From positions 50,227 to 114,226 of the IMG/VR virus record IMGVR_UViG_3300045988_122195: DNA of 64,000 nucleotides; one strand, written 5' to 3'. This document shows positions 9,596 through 19,073 of this stretch, piece by piece; position 1 is the first letter of the stretch, and each line of letters starts with the position of its first letter. This DNA comes from a virus. A program made the position numbers and the translations under genes. The notes under the pieces were generated by a model. That model ran no database searches. It had not been told where the DNA came from and saw nothing but the letters and a program-made list of their open reading frames with translations.

Positions 9596-10475
9596 TATGG
9601 GATGTGGATCATGGACAAGTGATAGTTTTAAGAGTTATTCAAAATCAGTAGGAAGGTCGGTTTCTAAGTCAGGAGCTATCAATTCTGATTATAGCAATCA
9701 GGAAATGTTTAAAGCAAGACATCTTGACTCGGCACTCGATCCTAAAAATGTTATTAGAGAGTGTTGCGATTCAGAAGAACATCCAAATACATTGCCAGTT
9801 ATTTTGGCTCTAGATGTAACTGGGAGCATGGGAGAAGCAGCTGTCGAAGTTGCTAAAAAGTTAAATGTAATTATGACAAAACTTTATAAAGACGTAAAAG
9901 ATGTAGAATTTATGATTATGGGAATCGGAGATTTGGCATATGATGCTTGTCCAATTCAGGTATCTCAATTTGAATCAGATATTCGTATTGCTGAACAGTT
10001 GGATAAAATTTACTTCGAATTTGGTGGAGGTGGAAATAGCTTTGAATCATATACAGCGGCATGGTATTTTGGTTCACGTCATACAAAGCTTGATTGTTTA
10101 AATCGTGGAAGAAAAGGGATTATCATTACTATTGGAGATGAACAACTTAACCCGTATCTTCCATTGAGAGGTATGAAAAGTGGCTTAATTGATGCAACTG
10201 GTGACAATCTTCAGGCAGGTGTAGAGACAAAAGATTTATACGATGAGGCTTCTAAAAAATTTAACATTTATCATTTAGATGTGAATCATTATCATAGATG
10301 GGACGAAGATGAAGTTGAAAAATCTTATAAGGAGTATCTTGATGATACTCATTTTAGAAAAGTAACTATAGACAATATTGCAAATGAGATTGTAGATATT
10401 ATCATCAATGAAGCAGAGAATAATACACCAGATACAGTTACAACACCTTCTAACTCAGAAGAAATAACTTGGTAG
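9588..10475 (+). CDS. von Willebrand factor A (VWA) domain protein
   Basis: 295 aa; MIDAS-like LALDVTGSMGEAA, downstream GGGNS and TIGDEQ; true start may be ATG 9597 after gaggagga RBS. Confidence 0.65.
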   Translation: MHNMGCGSWTSDSFKSYSKSVGRSVSKSGAINSDYSNQEMFKARHLDSALDPKNVIRECCDSEEHPNTLPVILALDVTGSMGEAAVEVAKKLNVIMTKLYKDVKDVEFMIMGIGDLAYDACPIQVSQFESDIRIAEQLDKIYFEFGGGGNSFESYTAAWYFGSRHTKLDCLNRGRKGIIITIGDEQLNPYLPLRGMKSGLIDATGDNLQAGVETKDLYDEASKKFNIYHLDVNHYHRWDEDEVEKSYKEYLDDTHFRKVTIDNIANEIVDIIINEAENNTPDTVTTPSNSEEITW

Positions 10476-10495
10476 AAAAAGGAGAATTATAACAG

Positions 10496-11611
10496 ATGAA
10501 GGACATTAAGATTGTAATCGGTTCAAACTTTGGTGATGAAGGCAAAGGTCTTATGGCGGATTATTTCTCTCAAAAACCGAATAGTATTGTTGTGTGTTCT
10601 AATGGTGGAGCGCAAAGAGGACATACTGTAGTTACCTCAACTGGAATCAGACATGTCTTTCATCATTTTGGATCTGGAACTTTTAATGGGGCAGACACAT
10701 ATCTCTCAGAGGATTTTATCTGCAATCCGATTATTTTCAGACAAGAATATAATGAACTAAAACATTTGGGATATTATCCGAACATCTATATAAATCAAAA
10801 CTGTATGGTAACAACCCCATATGATATGATGGCTAATCAAATTATTGAAGAAAATCGTGGAAAGAATAAGCATGGAAGTTGTGGTCTTGGAATTTATGAG
10901 ACAATCAAAAGATATAAAGCCGGAGTAACTACTTTGTATGTCTCCGATTATATCCGAGATTATTACTTAAAGATTTTCAACAGAGAAGGAATTGTCTTAA
11001 CAAAGAAATGGGAAGATTTGTTCAATGATTCAGGAATTTACGATCATTATTTAGAAGATTGGGATTTTATGAACGAAGTAGCAACAACGATTTCTGACGA
11101 ATGTTTTCTCAATGAGTATGAGAATATAGTATTTGAAGCTGCACAAGGTCTTTTACTTGATCAAAATAATCTGAAATATTATCCACATCTTACACCTTCT
11201 AACACAGGAATAAAAAATCCAAAGAAAATAATTGAAAATGTGAAATGGGACGATGATATTAACATTGAGACATGTTATGTGTCAAGGACATATTTAACAA
11301 GACATGGAGCAGGACAATTTCCATCTGAATGTCGCAAGAATCGAATAAATAAGTCAATGTATGATAAGACAAATGTTCCGAATCCATTCCAGGACACATT
11401 AAGATACGGAACGCTTGATTTGAAAGATTTATATATTCGATGTGCTAAGGATGTGATGAATTTTGGAGACAAGAAATCAATTGCTATAACACACTGTAAT
11501 GAATACAAAATTGATGTTGAGGAATTAGAAGATATCTTTGAAGGATGGAATATTTATTATTCTAACGGAGAAACGCACGATGATATGAGGGAGGGCGCTA
11601 TATGGAATTGA
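10496..11611 (+). CDS. adenylosuccinate synthetase (PurA) family protein, C-terminally short; candidate PurZ-like
   Basis: 371 aa; GSNFGDEGKGLMADYF (PurA P-loop GDEGKGK), GGAQRGHT (PurA GGHNAGHT), FEAAQGLLLD (PurA FEGAQGTLLD), PSNT, HGAGQFPSE (PurA GAGPFPTE); lacks about 60 aa of PurA GTP-binding C-terminus. Confidence 0.75.
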   Translation: MKDIKIVIGSNFGDEGKGLMADYFSQKPNSIVVCSNGGAQRGHTVVTSTGIRHVFHHFGSGTFNGADTYLSEDFICNPIIFRQEYNELKHLGYYPNIYINQNCMVTTPYDMMANQIIEENRGKNKHGSCGLGIYETIKRYKAGVTTLYVSDYIRDYYLKIFNREGIVLTKKWEDLFNDSGIYDHYLEDWDFMNEVATTISDECFLNEYENIVFEAAQGLLLDQNNLKYYPHLTPSNTGIKNPKKIIENVKWDDDINIETCYVSRTYLTRHGAGQFPSECRKNRINKSMYDKTNVPNPFQDTLRYGTLDLKDLYIRCAKDVMNFGDKKSIAITHCNEYKIDVEELEDIFEGWNIYYSNGETHDDMREGAIWN

Positions 11612-11925
11612 CACACAACGACGCATTGCCAAGTACAAGATTCACAACGTACTTGGCGTGTGATTTAGCACAACAGGTGTCATTACATACATTTGACTTG
11701 CATTATATTTACCATGATAGATGGCTGAATAAGTTTTATCTGAAGAACGATTCTTGTATTACTGCATATATCAAGACAACGTGGAATGAAAAGAAAATTT
11801 TGGATGTGATTTTCTTTGAGGAAAATGTGAGATATCCAGATAGTTTGAAGAAGTATATCTTGAGTTTTATTGGTGATCGGTTGGAAGTTCCGGTTATTGT
11901 AGAAGAATATGAGTTGGAGGATTGA
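11602..11925 (+). CDS. hypothetical protein
   Basis: 107-aa ORF overlapping previous stop. Confidence 0.5.
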   Translation: MELTHNDALPSTRFTTYLACDLAQQVSLHTFDLHYIYHDRWLNKFYLKNDSCITAYIKTTWNEKKILDVIFFEENVRYPDSLKKYILSFIGDRLEVPVIVEEYELED

Positions 11926-12010
11926 GTATGAAAGTAGCATTAACTGGTCATAGACCACAAATATTTGGAATGTCTGATGATGAATTAGATGATAAATGGA
12001 GGAGAAAAAT

Positions 12011-12304
12011 ATGAAATTATATGTGATGTCAGGAGCAGCTAACGGAATAGATAGTATTGATGGAATGTATTATCTTATAGCAGAAACAGGTGAATGCTTG
12101 GCAAGTCATTTTTGTTCCTGTAAATATTTTGCAAAAGGTGATTTATACGAAAGAAGACCAGAAAGAATTGAAAAATTTACAAAAAGATTTGGGGACATCG
12201 AAGTGTTATATCTTGGAGAAGATGATATGACGGTTGATAAACTTCTGGATCTTAATAAAAAATGGGCTATAGAAAACGGTCTTTGCGAAGAAGACGGAGA
12301 ATAA
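12011..12304 (+). CDS. hypothetical protein (track 11996..12304; ATG 12011 follows ggaggagaaaaat)
   Basis: ORF track, RBS. Confidence 0.5.
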   Translation: MKLYVMSGAANGIDSIDGMYYLIAETGECLASHFCSCKYFAKGDLYERRPERIEKFTKRFGDIEVLYLGEDDMTVDKLLDLNKKWAIENGLCEEDGE

Positions 12305-12309
12305 TAATT

Positions 12310-12540
12310 ATGAAAAACGAAGAAATTATTGATTATTTGATGTCAACTAAGTTGTATGAAAATACAGACGTTGATATGTATTACGAAAAGAAAATGCTTG
12401 ACGAAAACAAAACAGTACCGATTAGAGATTTAATAGGGAGATTTGTTGGCGTAGATAAAGAATTTCATGGAGAACCTTGGAACATCAGGCAAATTCTAAC
12501 GAACATAGATATGATTATTTCGGTAGAAGATAGAAATTAA
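12310..12540 (+). CDS. hypothetical protein (track 12262..12540; ATG 12310 after ggagaataataatt)
   Basis: ORF track, RBS. Confidence 0.5.
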   Translation: MKNEEIIDYLMSTKLYENTDVDMYYEKKMLDENKTVPIRDLIGRFVGVDKEFHGEPWNIRQILTNIDMIISVEDRN

Positions 12541-12544
12541 ACAG

Positions 12545-12562
12545 ATGAAACACATGTTTCAT
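12545..12562 (+). terminator. intergenic hairpin ATGAAAC-ACAT-GTTTCAT followed by TAAAAATAT (member of recurrent TGAAA..TTTCA family)
   Basis: 7-bp inverted repeat right after stop of 12310..12540. Confidence 0.35.
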
Positions 12563-12585
12563 TAAAAATATATTGAGGTGATGAT

Positions 12586-12759
12586 ATGAGAAATGAATTT
12601 TATAAATGCTTTTTCTGCAAATATTATGATGAATATGAAGGTTGCGTAGATGGTTGTAGTAATCATGAAGCGTTTTCACCAAATCATGATCGTATTATCA
12701 GAAAAGCAAAAGAAAAGAATATATCAGTGCAGGATGTAATTGCACTAATAAATTTATAG
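12586..12759 (+). CDS. small Cys-rich protein (57 aa, below track cutoff)
   Basis: ATG 12586 after gaggtgatgat; MRNEFYKCFFCKYYDEYEGCVDGCSNHEAF... Confidence 0.3.
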   Translation: MRNEFYKCFFCKYYDEYEGCVDGCSNHEAFSPNHDRIIRKAKEKNISVQDVIALINL

Positions 12760-12767
12760 GTGACAAT

Positions 12768-13037
12768 ATGGATCAGTTAAACAAAATAGATTATATGATT
12801 GAATCATTATATCTTGCAAAAGATGAAATTAAGTATGCACAGGAATACAACTTGCGAAAAGAAAATGACAATACAATGGGACGTGATTTCTATTCTGGTT
12901 ATGGATGCAATCATAGAACTCCGAACGGAACAATAATCAGAGAGTCACTGAAAATGGTGTCAAGAATTGCAGCACAGGTTGCAAATGAATGTATATTAAC
13001 TAACTATTGTGATGAAGTATTTAAGAGAGGATTGTAA
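12768..13037 (+). CDS. hypothetical protein
   Basis: 89-aa ORF. Confidence 0.5.
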   Translation: MDQLNKIDYMIESLYLAKDEIKYAQEYNLRKENDNTMGRDFYSGYGCNHRTPNGTIIRESLKMVSRIAAQVANECILTNYCDEVFKRGL

Positions 13038-13040
13038 AGT

Positions 13041-13343
13041 ATGAGCAAGTCAGTATTAGTTATGGACACGCCAGAAACATGTTTGGACTACATGTTTTGT
13101 TTCGAATTAGATGAAGGAATTAACGCTTGTTGTTCTGTTATGTCTGATAAAAATGATAAAAGTCTATGCAGAGATATTCAGTGTGATGGCGGTTATTGTC
13201 AGAGTAAACCAAATTGGTGTCCATTGAAAGAAGTTCCTGAAGAAGAACATAATGATTATAAATATGATGAGTATTGTGACGGTTATGATGATGGTTGGAA
13301 TTCATTAAGAGATAGAATTCTAGGAGAGAATAAGAATGTATAG
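13041..13343 (+). CDS. Cys-rich hypothetical protein
   Basis: 100 aa; CLDYMFCF...CCSVMSDKNDKSLCRDIQCDGGYCQSKPNWCP. Confidence 0.5.
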   Translation: MSKSVLVMDTPETCLDYMFCFELDEGINACCSVMSDKNDKSLCRDIQCDGGYCQSKPNWCPLKEVPEEEHNDYKYDEYCDGYDDGWNSLRDRILGENKNV

Positions 13344-13941
13344 ATATATTGCGGATTTGCACATCGGTTGTACGAATTCATTTGACGCTCGTAAAATAGA
13401 ACATGATGAGATTCTTGTTAAAAATTGGAATTCAGTGGTTAAAAATAATGATATAACGTTTATTCTAGGCGATATTGGCAGATGTGGAAATAACAAAGAC
13501 AATGAGTATTTATGTTCAGTAATCTCAAGACTTAAAGGAAAGAAAATTTTAATAGTTGGAAATCATGACGAATACGGTTTGAAAGATCATAGGGTTAAAC
13601 AGTTATTCGATTCGGTATGTGATTATTTTGAACTTACTGATAATTACAATGGTATCAATCAAAAGCTTGTCCTATCGCATTATCCTATCTTTTCATGGAA
13701 TAGTTGTTACAAAGATACAGTTCTTCTCTATGGTCACACACATGGTAATTTCGATGATGACATCTATCAGGAATCTCTGGAAAAGCTCAGATATAAAGTA
13801 AGACAATTGAATATAGAGAATAAAGAAGTGAAGAAATTCAAGAATCTTCCTTATGCTTATAATGTTGGTGCAATGATGGATTGGATCAATTATTGTCCGA
13901 GAACATGGCAGGAGATTAAGGATATTTATATTTTGAGATAG
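13336..13941 (+). CDS. calcineurin-like metallophosphoesterase
   Basis: 201 aa; motifs ADLHIG (DxH), FILGDIGR (GD), VGNHDE (GNHD/E), GHTHGN (GHxH). Confidence 0.75.
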   Translation: MYRYIADLHIGCTNSFDARKIEHDEILVKNWNSVVKNNDITFILGDIGRCGNNKDNEYLCSVISRLKGKKILIVGNHDEYGLKDHRVKQLFDSVCDYFELTDNYNGINQKLVLSHYPIFSWNSCYKDTVLLYGHTHGNFDDDIYQESLEKLRYKVRQLNIENKEVKKFKNLPYAYNVGAMMDWINYCPRTWQEIKDIYILR

Positions 13942-13948
13942 GAGAATT

Positions 13949-14173
13949 ATGTTTGAGAGAATTATAAAATCAGAACCATTCAAGAGCGCAGCTAGAAAAA
14001 CTGGCAATGTGGTCAAAGTAACATTGTCAGTGTATTTTGTACCTATTATTATATCTGTTGCGCTGATTCCGGTGGTACACGAATGGTTCTTTATCTTAGT
14101 GATTGTTATGTTGTTTTCAACGTATCCATTTTCTAAATGGTTAATTAAGTTGCTAGAAGAGGGGAGATTGTAA
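13949..14173 (+). CDS. small membrane protein
   Basis: 74 aa; TM segments VYFVPIIISVALIPVV and FFILVIVMLFSTYPF. Confidence 0.45.
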   Translation: MFERIIKSEPFKSAARKTGNVVKVTLSVYFVPIIISVALIPVVHEWFFILVIVMLFSTYPFSKWLIKLLEEGRL

Positions 14174-14179
14174 TGTTCT

Positions 14180-14518
14180 ATGAAAATTGAGAAGTATCAT
14201 TTTGTTAAAGGTGAAGCTCTAGTTGTCAATGGGAATATCCATTTTGATTGTAATTTTGCATTTTGTGGAAGACCATACATTCATTTGAACGCTTATTGTG
14301 GACGGAAATATCAAATTGGCGTAGGAATTCGTGACAATGATGACTTTGACATTGGTTGTATATACACAGCAGAAAATAAAGAACAATTTTTCAATGTTCT
14401 ACATGAGCTGATCAATTGGATGAATGACTTAGAACATGGTGTATGTTTTTGGGGAGAATTTATAGATGATATTAAAGGATTCTTTCCTGAATGTGGATGT
14501 AAAAAGGAGAGGTGGTAA
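14180..14518 (+). CDS. hypothetical protein
   Basis: 112-aa ORF. Confidence 0.5.
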   Translation: MKIEKYHFVKGEALVVNGNIHFDCNFAFCGRPYIHLNAYCGRKYQIGVGIRDNDDFDIGCIYTAENKEQFFNVLHELINWMNDLEHGVCFWGEFIDDIKGFFPECGCKKERW

Positions 14519-14522
14519 AGTG

Positions 14523-14930
14523 GAAAATAAAGAGGCAATTAATCTTCTTAAGTGTATTCAAAGTCCTTTGCAAGATTATGCAGAATGGGTTAGCGCACCG
14601 TGTTGGGCTTATGGAAAACAATATGTTTATCCAGACCCTGAAGATTATGCGATTGAGCAAGCAATTTCTGCGTTAGAAAAAGAAGAACGATATAAATGGC
14701 ACGATTTAAAAAACAATCCAAACGATTTGCCAGAAGTATTTATAGATTATGAAGTTGAAGATGGTAAGTTCTCAGATAAAATTCTTGTAAAAACAGACAA
14801 ATATGACACATTAATGGTTGCTTGTATGAATTTAAGCACAGGCGAATGGTTTAATGAATTGAATGAAGACGAATGCTTTCACGAAGAATATGGGAATGTA
14901 GTTAAGTGGAAGTATATTGACTATGAATAA
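14523..14930 (+). CDS. hypothetical protein (track 14466..14930; GTG 14523 after ggagaggtggtaaa is likelier start)
   Basis: ORF track, RBS. Confidence 0.5.
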   Translation, partial: ENKEAINLLKCIQSPLQDYAEWVSAPCWAYGKQYVYPDPEDYAIEQAISALEKEERYKWHDLKNNPNDLPEVFIDYEVEDGKFSDKILVKTDKYDTLMVACMNLSTGEWFNELNEDECFHEEYGNVVKWKYIDYE

Positions 14931-14944
14931 GAAGGTGATATGTT

Positions 14945-15217
14945 ATGGGAAATCCTAAACAGTCTTATGACGACATTGTGAGAGAAGCAGATAGAATTAT
15001 TACAGAAAGTATGAAAGTAGATAAAGATACTCCAATAGAAGACTTGGAATTAAGATTAAAAGCTTGCGATCATGACAACAACTTCTATTTTAACTGTGGA
15101 ATTGCAGCGTCAAACGTAGCAAATGATATTTGTATGAATGGTAGTTGTGATGAGATGAATGCAATGCTTGGTGGTCTTAGTATGTTCGAGGATTTGATTG
15201 GACTGGAAGGTGAATAG
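14945..15217 (+). CDS. hypothetical protein
   Basis: 90-aa ORF ending GLEGE*. Confidence 0.5.
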   Translation: MGNPKQSYDDIVREADRIITESMKVDKDTPIEDLELRLKACDHDNNFYFNCGIAASNVANDICMNGSCDEMNAMLGGLSMFEDLIGLEGE

Positions 15218-15221
15218 TAAA

Positions 15222-15512
15222 ATGATTAATGCAAAGAAAATGAAGAAAATTTTTGATAAAAAATATTCTGACAAAAATACTGCGAAAATGATTATTAGTG
15301 AAATCAAAAAATATATTAAATATGGAGGAATTAATCAATCATTCGTAGGAAAATGGTATAAAGGACTTTCTGATGGAACAATTAAAATCCTCATAGATAA
15401 AGGATATGTAATAAAAAGAAGTGCAGAACATTGTGATGAATTTGCTGTTCTTTTTACTGATGCGGATGATGTTGGAATACCGTATGAATACAATATTTCA
15501 AGTGGGGAATAA
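15222..15512 (+). CDS. hypothetical protein (track 15198..15512)
   Basis: ATG 15222 immediately after ggtgaatagtaaa; ends SSGE*. Confidence 0.5.
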   Translation: MINAKKMKKIFDKKYSDKNTAKMIISEIKKYIKYGGINQSFVGKWYKGLSDGTIKILIDKGYVIKRSAEHCDEFAVLFTDADDVGIPYEYNISSGE

Positions 15513-15516
15513 ATAA

Positions 15517-15780
15517 ATGGCAGTATACGAATTACAACAACATGATGTAATTTCTTACAAGCCTCCACAACCACATAAACAAAAGTATAAGATTGGAAAA
15601 TATATTTCTGTTTACGAATTAGTTGAAGCAACATCTGGTTCACCTGCTTTAAGGTTGGAAAGAGATAAAAGTGAAGACAAAATGCTTAGAATTAATGGAA
15701 TAAAATATGTAAAATTTCCGTGGTGGAAGTTTTGGAAGAAAAGAAAGTATGTTAATGAGTACTATTTGGAAGTTATGTAG
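15517..15780 (+). CDS. hypothetical protein
   Basis: 87-aa ORF. Confidence 0.5.
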   Translation: MAVYELQQHDVISYKPPQPHKQKYKIGKYISVYELVEATSGSPALRLERDKSEDKMLRINGIKYVKFPWWKFWKKRKYVNEYYLEVM

Positions 15781-15792
15781 GTAGGTGAATAT

Positions 15793-16071
15793 ATGAATAA
15801 AAGACAGAAAAAGAAATTTATTAAAAAGAACATGATTAAGTTGAGAAAGATTCATCCAGATATAGGTGATGTAGTTATTCTTCAGTTTGATCCTGGCAAT
15901 GAATATATAGATATTGATACTGTTCTTGAATTCTATAAGGCATGGGAAGGTGCTGGGGTTTTTGATAATTGTGTAGTTGCTATTGTTCCATGTAATGTAA
16001 AAGTTTGGGATAAAGAAGCTGCACAGAAATATTGTGATGCTTTGCAGGAAGTAATTAATGAGATGGAGTAA
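15793..16071 (+). CDS. hypothetical protein
   Basis: 92-aa ORF. Confidence 0.5.
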   Translation: MNKRQKKKFIKKNMIKLRKIHPDIGDVVILQFDPGNEYIDIDTVLEFYKAWEGAGVFDNCVVAIVPCNVKVWDKEAAQKYCDALQEVINEME

Positions 16072-16073
16072 CA

Positions 16074-16319
16074 ATGGAAACAATGGAAGAAAATAAATAT
16101 TTACACTATATGCATTACCAAGATAGATGGTTTTGTTGGATCGATAAACTTAATAAAAAAAAGTATTATAAAAAACATGAAGATGCAGACATTATTTGGT
16201 TAGAAGAAAACATAATCACGGAACATCAATGTAGAGAATTTTTAAAAGAGAAATATCCTGATTTAAAACCATATAAGGCTATTGCATATCATTGGTCTCC
16301 ATCTCATAGTTTAGGTTGA
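16074..16319 (+). CDS. hypothetical protein
   Basis: 81-aa ORF, 2 nt after previous stop. Confidence 0.5.
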   Translation: METMEENKYLHYMHYQDRWFCWIDKLNKKKYYKKHEDADIIWLEENIITEHQCREFLKEKYPDLKPYKAIAYHWSPSHSLG

Positions 16320-16355
16320 TCACAGCTAATAAAAAACAATTAGGAGGAGAAAAAA

Positions 16356-16640
16356 ATGATTAAAGAATATTGTGATATTTGTGGTAAAGAAGTTGTAACA
16401 GATAAATATTTTCTTCCGGTTATGAAAGACAGTTATGTAAGAGATGGACATGGCACTCCTATAGTTGCAACAAAAGTAATGTCATCCGAAAGAAAAGATG
16501 TGTGCCAAAACTGTGCAAGAAAAATACAATTTCTAATTGATTGCATTTTACCAATGATGGATAAAGATATTTCAATAACATTTGAATCATTGGAAACTGG
16601 TAAGTCGTATCACATTGAGTATATAGGAGATAAGCTATGA
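16356..16640 (+). CDS. zinc-ribbon protein
   Basis: 94 aa; CDICGKE ... CQNCARK; RBS ttaggaggagaaaaaaATG. Confidence 0.5.
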   Translation: MIKEYCDICGKEVVTDKYFLPVMKDSYVRDGHGTPIVATKVMSSERKDVCQNCARKIQFLIDCILPMMDKDISITFESLETGKSYHIEYIGDKL

Positions 16641-16828
16641 TAATCGACGGTTTAGTGTACGGACTTGTAAGTGCGTTGATATTATCAATATTCGGAGTAG
16701 ATGATATTTTTATAGATTCATTACAACCATTTGTACATGGTATTAAATTAACTTCGGATCATTTCTATCTCACATTTGCATGTCTTGGAGCGATAGGAGC
16801 TATCTTAAAAGAGCTTGTAAGTTTATGA
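16637..16828 (+). CDS. small membrane protein
   Basis: 63 aa; hydrophobic LVYGLVSALILSIFGV and LTFACLGAIGAIL. Confidence 0.4.
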   Translation: MIIDGLVYGLVSALILSIFGVDDIFIDSLQPFVHGIKLTSDHFYLTFACLGAIGAILKELVSL

Positions 16829-16853
16829 AAGTTTTGTTTCAAGCGGTTAAAGA

Positions 16854-17090
16854 ATGAAAGGAGTTATATTGGTGATAGATAGCAATGAGACTATAATGTA
16901 TGAAAATGGTAGAGATTGTGGATACGAAGAAGGATTTGACGATTGTAGATCAGAACTTATGGAAGTGATAGAATCGCTAGCATATGAAGTAGCAAAGCAT
17001 GAATATCCTGAACAATATGACTATTCTAAGGAGCAGATTAAAAGCATTATGTTGTGCGCAGGATTGGATAAGAAATATTTAGGAGAATAA
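16854..17090 (+). CDS. hypothetical protein
   Basis: 78-aa ORF ending YLGE*. Confidence 0.45.
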   Translation: MKGVILVIDSNETIMYENGRDCGYEEGFDDCRSELMEVIESLAYEVAKHEYPEQYDYSKEQIKSIMLCAGLDKKYLGE

Positions 17091-17177
17091 TAGATAGAAA
17101 ATTTCTCTTTCAAAAGAAAGCAAAAATACACTAGGTCTTTAGTTTAGTGGCAGTTTACGTGGAAGGTGATAAAACAT

Positions 17178-17969
17178 ATGAAACATTATTTTATAGATAA
17201 TATTTATATAATGACTGATTATATGGGTGGGTGGACGAATCAATATAAGGAAATTGGTTGGTATGATTCAAAATCAGGGAAATATTTTAATCTTGATGAA
17301 GTAAGAGAAATATTTAATCAAGGAGAAGCAGAGAATGTAGGAATTAGAAAAGATGGAACTCTATATATGAAAAGTTGCTGGCTTGATGCAAGGACTGCAT
17401 TTTCTGTAATTTGCGGAATACCATTTGATGTAGATAAAAAGCATCTCAATTTAATAAATTACGCATATAAAATGGGATGGGCGACTAAGAAACAAATACC
17501 AATTCAAATGTATATGGGAACAAAAACTCTTGATATAAATAAAGATGGTACATATACAATTAGATATATAATAGATAAAGAAAAATATACTAGTCCTTGT
17601 ATAGAATTTATTGAGAAAATATGCGTTGGGAAAGTCAAACGTTTAAAAAATCAAACGCATTATTATCATCATGACGGTATCGAGGAGAAGGTTCACGAGT
17701 TTTTATGTGGAGAAGTTTCTTTTGATAGAGAAAATTTAACTTTGATTATTAATGATATTCCATATTCGGATATATTCAAAAGAAATTTGATTGATGCGAT
17801 TAGAAATTTAGATTTAGAATTATTAATTAGTAATCCAAACATTGTTAATTTTTCAAATGTGTTATCTGCATGTCATGATTTTTGTAGAGATCGTGGTCAA
17901 TATCATTGGATTGGCGACTACAATAAAGAAAAAGAAGAAAATTCAAATGTATATTGGTATGATAAATAA
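17178..17969 (+). CDS. hypothetical protein (track 17166..17969)
   Basis: ATG 17178 MKHYFIDN after ggaaggtgataaaacat. Confidence 0.55.
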   Translation: MKHYFIDNIYIMTDYMGGWTNQYKEIGWYDSKSGKYFNLDEVREIFNQGEAENVGIRKDGTLYMKSCWLDARTAFSVICGIPFDVDKKHLNLINYAYKMGWATKKQIPIQMYMGTKTLDINKDGTYTIRYIIDKEKYTSPCIEFIEKICVGKVKRLKNQTHYYHHDGIEEKVHEFLCGEVSFDRENLTLIINDIPYSDIFKRNLIDAIRNLDLELLISNPNIVNFSNVLSACHDFCRDRGQYHWIGDYNKEKEENSNVYWYDK

Positions 17970-18002
17970 GTTGGAAATTCTTGAAAATATTGGAGAATAA
18001 GT

Positions 18003-18218
18003 ATGTGTAAGTTACCAAAAACAAGTTGCGATATTCCTATGCCGAAAGTCGTAGAAATTTACAAACCAAAAACAATTGCAAGAATTAAATTATGTGGTGG
18101 AGCAATGACTTTTACTGTCACAGATTATATGTCATGGGAAAAACCAACGGAAGAACAGATTAAGAATTTGCATGATATGTTATGTATTGATATTGAGATT
18201 TTAGAAGATGGAGAATAA
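18003..18218 (+). CDS. hypothetical protein
   Basis: 71-aa ORF after ttggagaataagtATG; ends EDGE*. Confidence 0.5.
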   Translation: MCKLPKTSCDIPMPKVVEIYKPKTIARIKLCGGAMTFTVTDYMSWEKPTEEQIKNLHDMLCIDIEILEDGE

Positions 18219-18511
18219 GTATTATGTACAGATGTAGCATTGGATACGAACTTTAAGATAATTTAGTTCCACCAGATAGATGTAACTCTGACGGTCATCC
18301 AGATTCTTGTAAAGATTGTCGGAATTATAATACGGAATATGATTTAGTAGAACGTGCAATTGAGTCTGCTAAATGCCGGATATATTGGTTAAAAGATAAC
18401 TCTGGCGTTAGAGTATTGAAACTCTATAGAGACAAGTATGAATAGAGAATAAAATCTTAGAGCGATTCGCTCAAAATTTCAAAAAAGACAATTGAATAGA
18501 GGTGAGAAATA

Positions 18512-18706
18512 ATGTCTGATTTATATATATACTTAATTCGTTCAAGAAATAAGGACAACAAAGATATTCCTAATTTCAAAGAACGTGCAAAAACTATCTT
18601 AGAATATAAAGAAAACGAAGATAAAGTAATTAAAGAATTTCATAAATTTGCAGCGGATGGAGTTCATGGCGAAAAAAACAAGATTATATCGGTCTGTAAA
18701 TTCTAG
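18512..18706 (+). CDS. hypothetical small protein
   Basis: 64-aa ORF; RBS gaggtgagaaataATG. Confidence 0.4.
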   Translation: MSDLYIYLIRSRNKDNKDIPNFKERAKTILEYKENEDKVIKEFHKFAADGVHGEKNKIISVCKF

Positions 18707-19067
18707 AAATGAAGAAAAGATAAGAGAAGAATTCATTATTAGATTGCTTAAAGATAAACCAAGTATGACAAAGCTGAATCGTACATTAGCTTCAGTTGCA
18801 CAGCAAGCAGAGAACCGTGATGAGAGTAAATGGTTATTCGATTTTGATGTGGATGACGAGTCGTTAATGTATGATTTTGTCCATGATGTAATTATATTTT
18901 CTGGTATTCCATTATCAGATATACAAGCATATAAAACTCCGCATGGTTATGCAATCGTAGTTCCACATGGTTTTAATACAAGAGAGCTTATTGAAGAGTG
19001 GAAAGATTATGATATTACATTGAAGAGAGATGAATTGTTATTTTTGGATATGATTACAAAGGAGTGA
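18666..19067 (+). CDS. hypothetical protein (track 18648..19067)
   Basis: ATG 18666 MAKKTRLY. Confidence 0.5.
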   Translation: MAKKTRLYRSVNSRNEEKIREEFIIRLLKDKPSMTKLNRTLASVAQQAENRDESKWLFDFDVDDESLMYDFVHDVIIFSGIPLSDIQAYKTPHGYAIVVPHGFNTRELIEEWKDYDITLKRDELLFLDMITKE

Positions 19068-19073
19068 AACGAG

